64,000 bases of DNA from Phyllosticta citribraziliensis. Lineage: Eukaryota. A program made the position numbers and the translations under genes. Below are positions 50,482 to 63,241 of the stretch, piece by piece; the first letter of the stretch is position 1; each line of letters begins with the position of its first letter. The notes beneath the pieces were generated by a model that saw only the letters and a list, made by a program, of their open reading frames with translations, did not search any database and was not told where the DNA came from. The DNA lies in NCBI RefSeq assembly GCF_038025025.1, contig NW_027117343.1, positions 744,001 to 808,000 on the forward strand. The letters are read 5' to 3'.

Positions 50482-53400
50482 CCTGCGTGCAAGCATGCCT
50501 TCCTTCTTGGTTGGATTGGTCTGCATCCGGATTGCTGCTTCTGGTGGTGATCTGGCTGCCGCCGCTGCTTCTACCACCGTCATACTGCGCTTCGCTTGCT
50601 GGCCGCCTCGCCTCGTCACTTTGCCGTCGTCTTGTTCCGTATGCGGTGCCACTGATGGCCGGCGGATGGCGCGAAGCGAAGCGCTTCTCCAGGCGTGTGT
50701 TGGGCGGCTGTGTTGACCGTCGGTGATGGGATGATGCAGCAAAGCGGATGTGATGGGTTCGATGATATTGGGAAGTGGGTCGCAAGGCTAGGCAACTCTT
50801 TGAGCAGTTCAGACAGGAGCGTTTTTTATTGAGTTAGTTTCTACGCCTTGGAAGCATTCATCTCCGTGTGTCGTGAGTGGATTTTACGCGCTTGGAGCAT
50901 TCACCAAGAAGCTTTTGCCATCATTCTTTGCACGCAGAGAGCATTCATCATTATTATACCTTGATGCCGGAAGCCTTCATCTTCATCATCAACACACTGG
51001 AAGCATCCACCGCAACCAACGAACCTCGACCATGGACCCCCAACCTCCCTCCCACCCACCTACCACGCCTCCACCTTCCTTCTCACACGCCTTCACGTGC
51101 CGCACCCCCACCGCACTACCATCAGCCGTGCGTACCCTTCCCTTCCATGCTACCTCCCTGCCTATATAAACCCCCCTCCTCCCTCTTCCCCGCCACTCCG
51201 CCGCTCCATCAGCACAACAGTGCCTCGCCAGGCAGACTGTAATTCTTTCTACTTTCACGTCTGCGCAACAGTACTGACTTTGCGGGGTTTGGTCTGTTCT
51301 GTGGGTTGCTGTGAGGAAATGAGTGTTTAGCACATAGTGGCATCGACGTTATGCAATTGTGGCGAGAAGCATCGCGGTTGTATTATGGTAGCTTTCACTC
51401 TGCAGCAGCGGTGGCTCTTTTGGTTTAAGATAGACTGTGTCTAGACGTGAGTAGCTATAGGTAGGAGAGTCAACATGTGCCCCCTAAATATCACTCTTTC
51501 ACCACTACGCGTGCGTGGTCGTTCGCACGTGTGCTGCTGCGTCAGGGGGTATAAGACCCCCCCACCCGCCTGCTTCCTTGCAACACCTCCTACCTCCTTA
51601 CTCCCACACGACAGACCGTCAGTCAGTCCGAAGGCCGAATAGTCCTGGACTTGGCTGGAGAAAACCAACAAGCACTACGACACTGTTCCTGTCTTCCGCT
51701 AGCGCCCTACCCCTGATTTCAATCCACATTTCTAGAAGATGACGGTGGCCAGCAAGGCGACGCATATACGTGTAGAAGAATGCCATGGAGCGAGTGATGC
51801 TGTCACACACACCGTGGTAGCACTCAAACACTTGCTGCTGCCTTTCCGTACTCTCGCTCCGCCAAAGCAGGTGCGTGGATGGTGTGCATGCTCTTGCGTC
51901 TCTCGCCCTACACGCAGCCACAGCTACCCCTGCATTGCAACCTGAGGTCAGGAATAGTTCTGTTTCAGCTGCTTCGACTCGGGATCGACGCGAAGTGGTC
52001 TATCTACCATACCATTGCCCTCCTGTTCATCCCTCTCCTACCTTAGGAGGGGAAGCAGTCACTTTGAGAGTCAATCAGGCAGTCCAGCTCCATGCAAGCC
52101 CTGGCTGAAGAGCTGTGCCGTCACGCGTTATATGTAGTATTCCGGAGTTAAGATGACGATGGCAAGGAGACAGAGCGGCATCATTGAGAGCAATGGCATG
52201 GCCCCATGACTACAACGTCAGTAACAAAACCACCGCTTGACACGGTACACGGAGCTTTCGAAGGGCCGGAGCAGTAGCAGATGAAAGGCACTATCCAAGA
52301 CAATTGATTGGTACCTAGCTACCTAACGGCAAGACAACAAGCAGCAGCAGCAGTAGCAGCAGCAGCGGTGATGGTAATGGTGGTATAGGTGATGGTGCAG
52401 GGCGGACCAAAGGTTTCCGAAAGGCCGCAATGGGTTTCTTGCGTGGAAGAGACGAAGGAAGAGGCGCAGCGTGGAGCGGAACGGAGCGGGACGGCAGCCA
52501 AAGTACGAGATGTGTATACGAAGAAGCAGGCAGACAGACAGGTAGGCAGATGGACCGACATAGAGACTACGACCTGTTCGTACGTATACATCGGCGACGG
52601 GCGACGGCAACGCAGGCACCAGCAGTCGGATGCCCCAATCCCAAGTCGCAGCGTAGCAGGTGTGGTGATGGAAGCACCAGCACCAGCACGTGCGAAACCG
52701 CTCCAACGTTTCCATCCTTCCCGAAGGATCCCAGCGGCGATCTGGATCCAGGTCTGGAACAAACCCTTGCCAACCACATGCGAACCGACACCGCTGCTAC
52801 AAGACCAATCCAGTCTCAGCGAGCCGTTGTAGATCAAAAAGAAGCTGAGACGCATTCAGTCACGTAAGAGAGAAAAGGAAAACGCCGTCAAGATGCGCTT
52901 GAAGGAAGGGGGGAGGAGAAGCATTGAGCAGAGCAGGTGGAACGAAAAAACGGCATTTTGTGGCCAACACACAGAATTTCAAATATTCAAAACTTGGACA
53001 ACATCCCGCGGCAGCGCAAAAGCCACAACTGACCAATTCCATAACGCACACTTTGGGTACCCACTAAGAAAATTAAGGAAAGCGCATGGAGACAAGACGG
53101 TGAGAAAAAACGGCGGGGAAGAAAAAAAAAAAAGTACAGCAGAAAACGCCAGTTCCTTGGTCAGGAACTTGGCATCGACTGCCTCAGAATCGCTCGAATT
53201 GCGACGGTGGTTTCGCGCTTGCAGACTGCCGAGGCAGTGGACTCGACGCGTCGAAAACGTGAGCATCTGTACGGTCGTCGAAAGTTAATCCATGTCGATT
53301 GTCGTTCGTAGCTGGAATCCTGTCGTGAAGAGAACCGAAGGCAAGCAATTAAATCAAGTTTTTGCCAAAGCCCAAGCCGGTGGGGAGGGGAAATTTTGAA

Positions 53401-53646
53401 CGGGTATCAAGTGGCGAAGAGAACCTGGGTCATCAGCACTGGGGGAGGAGCTGAAAGCAACATGCGCCTCGCTTGGTCAAACAAGCCGACTGTCGCTAGA
53501 TGGCGGTGCCGGGTGCAGCAGCTTTCCAGAGTGCGATGCCATGGTAACCAGAAGTGCGAAGCCAGGATGTTCGTGGTAGCAGCCAAACCAACCCAGCGTC
53601 CGTGCAGAAGTGAAGAAAACGGTCGTCAACATCAATGTCGGTGCCT

Positions 53647-54746
53647 CTATAGCAGGATGAGGTAGTTGCTCGGTGCGATGCCAGTCTCGCCATTGGCCTT
53701 TCTGGCTTGCCACCAACGTCCGCTGACGTCGGAAATTTCGAGAATTTCGTGCTTGGAGAAGCTGATTTCGTTGGCGTCGTCAGGGTTTGCCTCGTAACTG
53801 TAAATGGCCTTGGCTCTGTAAGGATATTCGGTGGGCGCATTGACATCGGATTCTGGCTGGCCCCCGCCGGCGCCGTTGCCAAAACGCGGCTGCGTGGAGT
53901 TGCGCTGATCGACGCCCGCAGGCCCACCAGGATAGCCGGACACGGGGGAGGAAGTCTCGAATCCGTTCAGCTGTGCCGAGGTGTACATTTGCGGTTGTTG
54001 ATTCGTGACGGACGTCTGGGGACGCGCGCTGTAGTTGTTGGACATTGGTCGCGAGCTGCGCGTCATCGAGTGCCTGTCCTTGTGGAGCGCAAAAGAATCA
54101 ACAAATGTACGGTGCGACGCGGACGGCTGGGATCCGTAATAAAAGATCCAGATAATCTAGACATATGTTAGCTCATCTTCCCCGAATGCGCGCGACTGCA
54201 CATACAGCAATCATTGACAAAAGAATGTAGCCTGCGGCAGCGGCCTCCTTGGCAGGATCGCCCTCGTAGATTGTGTTGTTGACGGCGGAGCTGGTGAAGA
54301 CGAGGCCGGCGGCCAGGTAGCTTGCAATCTGCGACTTGTTAGGGGACAAGAAGGAGTCGCATTCCACAGAGAACGTACGGCGACATGGTAGGTATCTTCT
54401 ACTTGGGCGCCGACAGTGACGGTAATGCCGACGATGCAGCAGAACATGTAAACAAGGGCCCACCAGGTGTAGTTTGGAAAGTTGCCGTGAAGGCTGCCAA
54501 CAATGGACGAGATGAAGGCGATGATCCAGGCGAGCTGGCAGAGCAGTCAGTAACGACAACAACAGAGTCGCGAGTTGGACGCGCGTCAATGTCTCGAACA
54601 CGTACCACGCTGATGGAAATGGTGGACAGAGCAAAGGGATCGCCGAGGATGTTGCCAAAGCTGAAGCGGGCTCGGCCGCCGTAGGGGGCGCCGTTGTTCA
54701 TCTTGTTCAGACTGGGAGAGGCGGGGGAGCCGTAGGGAGAGGGCAT
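53647..54746 (-). CDS. SHO1: HOG-pathway osmosensor Sho1 (4 TM + SH3), multi-exon
   Basis: [14 protein letters not shown] segments and C-terminal SH3 ([56 protein letters not shown]). Confidence 0.95.
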
Positions 54747-55751
54747 GGAGGACGGCGTGGATGGTGTTGGGCGTGGCTTTGTTGTTGGACGGTCGAGGGC
54801 TAGTCGGGTGGACGGGGTGAGGTGGGCGGTACCGTGGGCGCGGACAATGCGCTGGCTGGCAAAGGGAGCGAGTGGTTCAAGGGCGTTGTCGAGCGAATGA
54901 GGGTGATTAGGCGCCGGGCCTGTTGGAGAAGCGAAGGGCAAAGAACGGGCGAGGCTTCTGGCTAGTGTGTAGCGGAAGCTGGTAGCGTGCGAGGGTGGTA
55001 GAGAGCGACGGCAAGGAGACGGACGGCGACGGTGGGATGTCGAAGGGTCGCGAAGGCTGGGGGGGCGGAGAATTTGATGGTTGACAGACGTCGGGAATGG
55101 AGGGCCTGGCAGGATCCGGATCGTCGAGAGATGAAGTTCGGCTGCTGTCTCTGGAGCTGGGGGGAGGTCAAAGTACGGGGCTTGGGCCAGGGCAGGCAGT
55201 GCAAATTAACCACCAGCTCCAGCGTCGCCTTTGACTTTGGCCAAAGAAAAGGTTAGGTACTTTGAGACTTAGTTATACGCCCCGTCCACATTTAGCTTCT
55301 CGCTCGCTATCGCAATCGAGTCCCCTCAGTCGCCTAGCCCAAAACCCTCGCCTGTCCCGCCGCCGCCACGATCAAGGCACGCGGCGTCCACTCCCAGTCC
55401 ACTCCCAGTCCACTGCGGCGCCGGCCCTCGACCCGTCTACCCGCTCTCGACTCGACGTCAGACTCAGGGCAGCGGCCTCTGCTCGCTGTCCAGTCTCGAG
55501 AGCCGCGCCGTCGACCTCTACCATTGCTCGCTCCGTCGCATTCCACCCTCCCACCTCACCCAGCCCTCTAGTCGGCCGAACACGAGCCATGCTGCGCTAG
55601 CGCGCGTTTGCTTACAGGCACTGTACCTACCGACTCGGTGGAACCTCCATTTGACTTGCAGCCTGCATCGACGCCATTCATGGATGGTAATAAATCTGCT
55701 GTCGTGACCTCGCGCATTCGTGAAACAACACAGTCAGCTTCGTCCCTCCCC

Positions 55752-56432
55752 TCAGCCCGATTCTTGCTCCATCTTGACCTCCTTCCGCCGCACGTCTCTC
55801 TCGGCCTGCCGAACTCTCTGATCCCACTCAGCCCAGCATCTTCCTTGGCCCAGCACCATGACCTCATGCCACCGCAGCACCGCCCTCCCGCTCCTCTGCC
55901 GGAGCTCTGAAATCTCCCGCGCCTGACTCAGCTGCCTCTGTTCCAATTCTGTTATTCGCGGCGACAGGCCCACCAGCGATGTGAAGGACCCCGTTGGCGG
56001 CAGCGGCAGGTCTTGGAGCGATGTCAGCTGCGACGCCGTCGCCGGGAAGGCCGGTGCTTCAGTGAGCACTGTCGCAAGCTTGATTTCGGGCGTCGGTTCG
56101 ACGTTTCTATCGCGCGACGAGATGAGCTCGCTGGGTCGCGCCGTCGGGGCAAATATGTCGCCATGTTTGGACTCTGTTCCGCCCTGTCAGAAACATGAAC
56201 CCACGCGGGCTCCATCCAACATGGCCATACGTAGCTGGAGGACGTCCTTGACCGCCCGCGACTTGGACGCGAGGTTCGCGAGGGAGCTCTCGAGCTTCTG
56301 CAGACGCGTCGTGACGGGCGCGTCGGCGTCTTGGAGGGACAGACTGCCGCCAAGGACAAATTCAATGCGGCGCAGACGCCATTCCAGGTCGTCGAGCGTT
56401 TCCAGCAGCAGTTCTTCCAGGTCGTCGGCCAT
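55752..56432 (-). CDS. Nuclear distribution protein Ro10-like (dynactin p22/p24 subunit), 2 exons
   Basis: LETLDDLEWRLRRIEFVL, FPATASQLTSLQDLPLP, LRWHEV..CWAEWDQRVRQAER; GTATGG..CTGAC..CAG intron. Confidence 0.7.
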
Positions 56433-56780
56433 GGCTGTCGGCATGTAGTAGGTGTTTGGTGGTGGCCAGCGGCCGTGATGCAAACGGAGCCCTGGCTGCT
56501 CCACGTGAAGGGGCCGGCGACGGGGGTGGCCTGCCGCCATCTCCGCACCTGCGCACGCACGCGAGAGCGTCAAGAGTGCACATCATACCCACAGATAAGT
56601 TGATGCGTGCCGACAAGAGGCCCTCTTCTTGATTGCAGGCACACAGCCCACTCTCACTCTTCTCTCTCCTTGATGAGTCGATAGTGAGGCCCGCGACGCT
56701 TGCTGCCGCCCGCTCCACCCAGCCCGTTGACTTCCAGCCTCAGCTCAGCGACCCCAGAGCAACCACCGCACCTCTCCACC

Positions 56781-58641
56781 ATGGCCGTCACCGCGCATTA
56801 CTCCGCCATAGGCGCGGATCCATCCGACCACGAGGCAAGACCTGCCAGCGCCGCGTCCGTCAGAGCCCGACGGTATGTCGACTCTTTGCCCGTTGAGCGC
56901 GACAAGGAACAAGACTGACACTGCCCGACAGCGGCCGACGCGGAGGAAAAGATGTCGGCTTCATCGGCCAAGCGACATGGGCCAGCAGCGTCATCAACTT
57001 GGTCAACACCAGTGAGCTTGTCGCTATCCAAGTGAAGACTATATTCTAACGTGCCCAGTCCTCGGCGCTGGCCTACTGGCCATGCCCCATGCCCTCTCGC
57101 AGATGGGCATCCTGCTCGGTGTCATTGTCATAATATGGGCAGGCTTGACTGCCGGCTTTGGACTCTATCTTCAAACTCGATGCGCCAAATACCTCGAGCG
57201 CGGAAATTCCTCGTTCGCCGCCCTATCCAAAATCACCTACCCCAATGCCGCCGTCGTGTTCGATGCCGCGATTGCCATAAAATGTTTTGGCGTGGGAGTC
57301 AGCTACCTCATCATCATCGGGGACCTGATGCCGGGAGTCGTCAAGGGATTTAGTCAGGGCAATGTGCCCGGATTTCTGATTGACCGTCAATTTTGGATAA
57401 CTGCCTTCATGTGGGTTGACAGACTGGTCATATTGAGGGCCTGGCTAACGTTTGACAAGGCTGATTGTTATCCCACTCTCGTACCTCCGTCGGATCGACT
57501 CGCTCAAGTACACCAGCATCATCGCCCTCGTTTCCATCAGCTATCTGGTAATATTGGTCCTGGCGCACTTTATCAAGGGTGACACCATGGACGAACGTGG
57601 TGATATCCGCGTCTTGGCCTGGAATGGTCCCGTTGCGGCACTCTCAGTATTTCCCGTCATAGTTTTTGCATATACATGCCACCAAAACGTGAGTACTGAA
57701 GCCGACCTATCTATCAAATCTAACTCTCCTAGATGTTCTCCATCCTCAACGAAATCTTCGACAACTCCCACTTCCGCACGACCGCTGTCGTCGGCGCCAG
57801 CATCGGCATGGCGTGCGTCCTCTATATTCTGGTTGGAATCACTGGCTACCTCTCCTACGGCGACCACGTCACGGGCAACATTGTGTCCATGTACGAGCCC
57901 TCGGCCTCGTCGACGATCGGCCGCCTTGCCATTGTCATTCTCGTCATGTTCTCCTACCCTCTACAAGTCCACCCTTGCCGGGCATCAGTTGAGGCCGTCA
58001 TTTCCTGGAGACCGATCCGCAACTCGAACCGGCGCACCGCATCGCCCTCGCCCTCGCGCAGCAACCAGCATCTCTCAGCACCACTTCTAGGACCGCCCAA
58101 ACCCAGCAACGGTGGCGTGGGGGGCTCGCCGCTTCAGCCGCCGAAGGCGGAACCCATGAGCGAGCTACGCTTCGCCGTCATCACGACCGTCATCATCATT
58201 CTCAGCTACGTCGTCGCCATGACGGTCTCTTCGCTCGAAAAGGTGCTCGCATACGTCGGCTCGACGGGCTCCACGGCCATCAGCTTCATCCTGCCCGGCA
58301 TCTTCTACTACAAGATCTCCTCCCCGGACTCGCCGCACCACCAGCGCCTGCTCAAGGACGAGGACGACGAGGAGGCCTACGACGACTACGACGATGTCGA
58401 TGCGCATCGCAACGCCAGCGGCAGCAGCGGCAGCAGTAGCGGCGCGGGTGCCGGCGATCACGCCGACGGCGCCTTGGCTGGCAGCGGGTTCCTGGAGCGC
58501 AGCGTGGGCAGTCTGACAAGGCGGACGCGGCAGTGGCGGCGCGGTCTGCTGCGGCGTCTGGCCGGCGCCTTGGCCATCTACGGCATCGTCGTCATGGTGG
58601 TGTGCTTGGCGACCAATACATTTTTGATCGCGGCGCATTGA
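56781..58641 (+). CDS. Vacuolar amino-acid transporter, Avt5/6/7 (AAAP) family, multi-exon
   Basis: SSVINLVNT|ILGAG-type motif followed by LAMP, DAAIAIKCFGVGVSYLIIIGDLMP, VFAYTCHQN, AYVGSTGSTAISFILPG. Confidence 0.9.
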
Positions 58642-59855
58642 TAGACTACCACCTACCTATTTACCTCGAGTACCTCGCCTCGTGCTGTTTTAGAAAAAGA
58701 CTGCTGCTTTTTTTGGTTGCCTTTGTTGTTGCTCTCCTGGTTCCTTTTACTCGCTGGAAATATTGCATCTTTCCCGCTTTCCTTTGCGCTTCTTGTCGCT
58801 TTTCCCCTCGTCGGGCGCTTGCACGCGCGTTTCGCTGGCTGTCAGACATGCGTCTAGAACGTAAACCAAAAAGCAAGGTACACAGGTGCATGTACCTACG
58901 TATTCAGCTTGCCATTTCTGCAGTCCAGCGCAACTCAACGCATCCACGCCGCACCCCACTCTTACCCTCATCCAACTACCCACCCGCCTCGCATCATCGC
59001 TCCCCGACTCCTTCAAGACTTCTAGAGCTCGTCGACCATCGACCGTCATCCCTGTCTCTTTCTACGGTCAGTCCGTCTGCCCTCCAGGCGAACGAATCGA
59101 CTTGAATGAAATCGCAGCAGCAGAAAGGCAGAGCGGCAGCATCCAATCGCGCACCGCTGGAAGAAAGAACACAAGGAGGACGGGCCGGTGCGTCACTTAC
59201 TACTCCATCTCACGCCGCCTTCTTGTCCTCTCTCCTATCCTTTAATTCCTCATCTTGCTCTTCCCACCCATCCAAGTGGTAGCAATGGAGCGGAGGTACG
59301 CCGCGTCATCTTTCCGCCGCACTGTTTCTCGTCGTTAAGGATATGTCCTTTTCTTTCTCGATAATGTAGCATGGGTCGTTTTGGGCGTTTCTGCTTGGGC
59401 GGTGGGGCTGTAGTGGCGTTTTGTGTTTGCGGAGGCTTCCTTTGCGTTTGGTGGGTTTGGATGTAGTGGGAAGGGGGTGAGGGGTGAGAATGCGTGTAGT
59501 GTAGAAGAGAGAGACGAATTGATAAATACTCTTGCATGGGTTGGTTCAGAGCTGAGAGACGAACGGAGATGCTTTGGGGATGGGCTGGGTGTTGTGAAGG
59601 TTTGGTAAGATGCTATTCCATCGATTGTAATAATCGAATTGAATGAGCTGTGATATTGCGCTGCAGGCGTGCATGTCTTCCCAACTGTACCTGAATCGAA
59701 TCAATATCTGTCGTTGTGTTTTCCTCCCATCCATCCCAAACGCCAATCCAATGCCCACATCTTTTCCCCGTTTTTCTCCCTCTCCCTCTCCCTCCCTTCT
59801 CTCTACCTCACAAGAAGAAGCAGCACACCCCTCATATTCACAAAATCTCTCGCAT

Positions 59856-60671
59856 TTAATCGGCAATCGGCCCAAACGCGTCGTACTTGACGACGGGCAC
59901 CACGGTCTCCTCCTCCTGCTTCTTCCGCTCCTTCTCCTTGCGCTCCGCCTCCTTGGCGTCTTTCTTCTCCTGTGCCTCCTTCTCGCGCATATGCGCCGCG
60001 ATTTCCTGGATGCGGTAGCGTGGCTCGAGGATACCGACCTATGGGGGGCATGGCTGTTAGCGTATGGCTTGCAGCGTAGACGGCGACGCTGTGCAGCATG
60101 GAGTTCGCCACGGCGAGGAGAGAGAGGGATGTGGGTGGGGTTGTGTAAGTATGTGTATGGTTTGGAACGGACGGACGGACCATCGAGAGTAACCGCCACA
60201 TGGTGTCCGTTGGTTGCGCGCCTACACCCAGCCAGTACTGCGCGCGCAGCCGGTCCAGCTTGATGTCCTTGAAGGCGCGCGTCTCGGCGTCGCCGGCCAT
60301 GGGCTTCTTGGGGATCGGGTCGTATGTGCCTATAGCAGTGGCTTGATCAGTATGTGGTAGGATATTCGGTTGGGCGTGTAGTAGGTGGTGTGGTGAGTGT
60401 GCCGGTGTCTCATCGACACATGCGTGCCGCGACGTTCTCCGGCTCAATGCTTCGTAGGTGCTGCGAGAATAAATTGCGTACCGAGGACCTCGAGGGGCTT
60501 GCTGTTGCGCGCAGTCCTATCAATGTCCCGTCAGCATGCATTAACAACGACCGCGGACAACTTTTTTGTAGTCGCAGAGAGACAGAGGACGCACCGCGCG
60601 TGGGCCACGACGATATTGTAGATTGGCTGGTGGCGCTTGCCGAAGCGCGCGAGCCGGATCTTGAGGACCAT
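59856..60671 (-). CDS. MRPS16: Mitochondrial ribosomal protein S16 (bS16m), 4 exons
   Basis: MVLKIRLARFGKRHQPIYNIVVAHAR, RNSKPLEVLGTYDPIP, KDIKLDRLRAQYWLGVGAQPTDT. Confidence 0.92.
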
Positions 60672-61211
60672 GGCGGCGGTGTTGTCGGGAGAGAAGATGG
60701 CTCGCGGCGAGTTGGTCCGGTGAGGTCGCTCCCGTCAGGTCGTTGATGGGGTGGGCCGCGGAGGTCGTTGCGGTGGTTTCGTTTGATGGACGTGCGGTGC
60801 GCCGGGGACGACGGGACCGAGGGAGACTTCCTGGTAGCAAAAGTCGTTGCACCAACAAGACCGAATTGGAGCAAGCAGGGAGCATCAATCTGCTTTTTTA
60901 GGGCCATTTGAGTCATGTTTGAGTAGAAAATCTCAGAAGAATTCACAGGCATCTGTAAATCTATAGGGAGAGCAGCAAAGAGCTTTCCTTGACCCAATAT
61001 TGCTGGAGCCATATGCAGCGACTTTTACGACTGACCGACGGGAGACGGAGCTGCGTGTCCCGCGCTGCTCGGCGCCGTCGGGTGGGAGTGAGCTGCGTGC
61101 CCCGGTGGTCGGTGAGGTGCTGCGGTGGTGATGTAATGGGTCCCGCAACTGAACTGGCCGACAGCTTGAAGCTCTCCCGACGACAACGCGCACTCTCTCG
61201 CTCGACATCTC

Positions 61212-62165
61212 ATGTTCAGGACTACGACGAAGCTCATGATGGCATTGAAGGTAAGATCAGTTTGCGCACATCTCCAGTACTCATGCTGACATTATAGACT
61301 CTTTCTGCTAAAAACGCCGCCGAGCTCGACAAGGAGCTCATGAGCTCTGGGGCATTTTCCATTGATCAGCTGATGGAGCTCGCTGGTCTCTCTGTATCCC
61401 AAGCCGGTAGGTCTGATGGACAAAGTTTTTTCAAAAGCATTCAAACTGACAAAAGGAATCCAGTCTACAAACTGCACCCGCTCAGCAAAGGCAAACGCAT
61501 CCTCGTCGCCTGCGGCCCGGGCAACAACGGTACGCATGCCCAAAACGAGCCCTTATGGCACACAACTCACGCGCAGCTTTCTCGCAGGCGGTGATGGTCT
61601 CGTCGCAGCACGGCACCTCCACCACTACGGCTACGAGCCAACCATCTACTTCCCCAAGCAGTCCAAAAACGAACTCTACGCGCGGCTGCGCAAGCAGCTC
61701 GAAGATCTGTCGGTGCCCTTCACCAACGACTTCGACGCCGCGCTGGGCGCGTCTGACTTGATCGTCGACGCCATTTTCGGCTTCAGCTTCTCGGGCGAGG
61801 TGCGCGAGCCCTTCCCCCGCGTCATCGAGGCCCTCCGCGACACCAAGGTCCCCGTCTTGGCTGTCGATGCCCCGTCCAGTTGGGATATCGAGAGCGGTCC
61901 GCCGAAGGATGGGCCTGGGAAGGGGTTCATGCCTGGTGCGCTGATTAGCTTGACGGCGCCGAAGCCGCTGGTTAAGCACTTTAGGGGGAGGCACTTTTTG
62001 GGTGGCCGGTATGTCGTGCCCCCGGCTTTATGTGGAGTTGCGTGGTACTAATTCTGATCCAGGTTCTTGAGCGCGAGCGTCGCGGAAAAGTATGGCCTAG
62101 ATATCCCGCCGTACCAAGGCATTGATCAGGTGGTCGAGGTGCCTGTGGACGGGCAGAAATTGTAG
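61212..62165 (+). CDS. NNR1: NAD(P)HX epimerase (YjeF_N), 5 exons
   Basis: DQLMELAGLSVSQA, ACGPGNNGGDGLVAARHL, IVDAIFGFSF, VDAPSSWD, LISLTAPK, HFLGGRF. Confidence 0.92.
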
Positions 62166-62375
62166 AGGTCACGAGCACGATCGCATGAAGCATATGAATC
62201 CACTTTGTTTGTCTGAAAAGCAATTCTTGTTGCTCATATTGTATCTAACGCTCATGGAAGACACAATAACAATTCCTCGTCTTGAGACGTCGCGCCCAAA
62301 TCTTGTCTATTCCCAGCTAAATCGCATATATATCACACAACCTCAACGCCAACGCTTCCAATGCTAATTGTGCGC

Positions 62376-63241
62376 CTATTTGCCGTGGACAAAGACGCGC
62401 TCCTCGAGGGGCTGCTGGTTCTTGGGGCCAGGCTCGCCGGCGCGGCCGCCAAAGACCAGCTGGGCACGCAGGGCCCAGTCGGCGGGGATGTTCCACTCGT
62501 TCGACGCCTTTTGGTCGATGACGGGGTTGTAGTGCTGGAGGTTGGCGCCGAAGCCCTCGGCCTCGAGGCCGGCCCAGAGCGTGAACTGGTGCATCGCCGA
62601 GGTGTGCTCGCTCCAGGTGGGGAAGTGCTGGGCGTAGAGGGCAAACTTTTGCTGCAGCTCCTGGACGGGCTTGGGGTCTTCGTAGAAAAGGATCTGCGGG
62701 GAGAAACGATGTTAGTCTTGGTCATTTGAAGGCTCGGGGAGGGAGAGGTTCTTACGGTGCCGTAGCCGGCCTTGAAGCCGTCGAGCTTCTTCTCGGTGGC
62801 AGCAAAGGCCTCAGCGGGGACCTGGGGCTTCAGGACCTCCTTGACCGACTCCCAGAACTTGTCGTGCTCGGCCTTGAGCAGGACGACGACGCGGGTGCTC
62901 TGGCTGTTGAACGACGAGGGCACCGACAGCACCGTCTGGTTGACCAGGTCGACGATGCGGTCGTCGGAGATGGGGGCTTCCTTGTTGAGAGCATAGTAGG
63001 TGCGGCGCTCCTTGACGGCGTCGATGAAGCTCTTGGTGGCAGACATGGCGGCGGAGGTGCTAAAGGACGAGGCGCGGGGTATCACGGAGGAGGAAGCTGG
63101 AGGGGTAGCTCGGTGTGAAGAAGTAACTTTGGAGGCGCCGAAGCAGCAGCTTTTGTATGTCCGCGGCGCGAGTCCTGTTCCCCGGACGTGCGAGAGAATT
63201 GGTAAGGCTTTCCTAAGCACCGCTTGCGGTGGGGCAGCCAT
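62376..63241 (-). CDS. Nitroreductase-like protein, Frm2/Hbn1 family; intron 62755-62694; alternative ATG at 63046
   Basis: RRTYYAL, PSSFNSQSTR, GYGTILFYED, LEAEGFGANLQHYNP, WALRAQLVFG. Confidence 0.9.
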
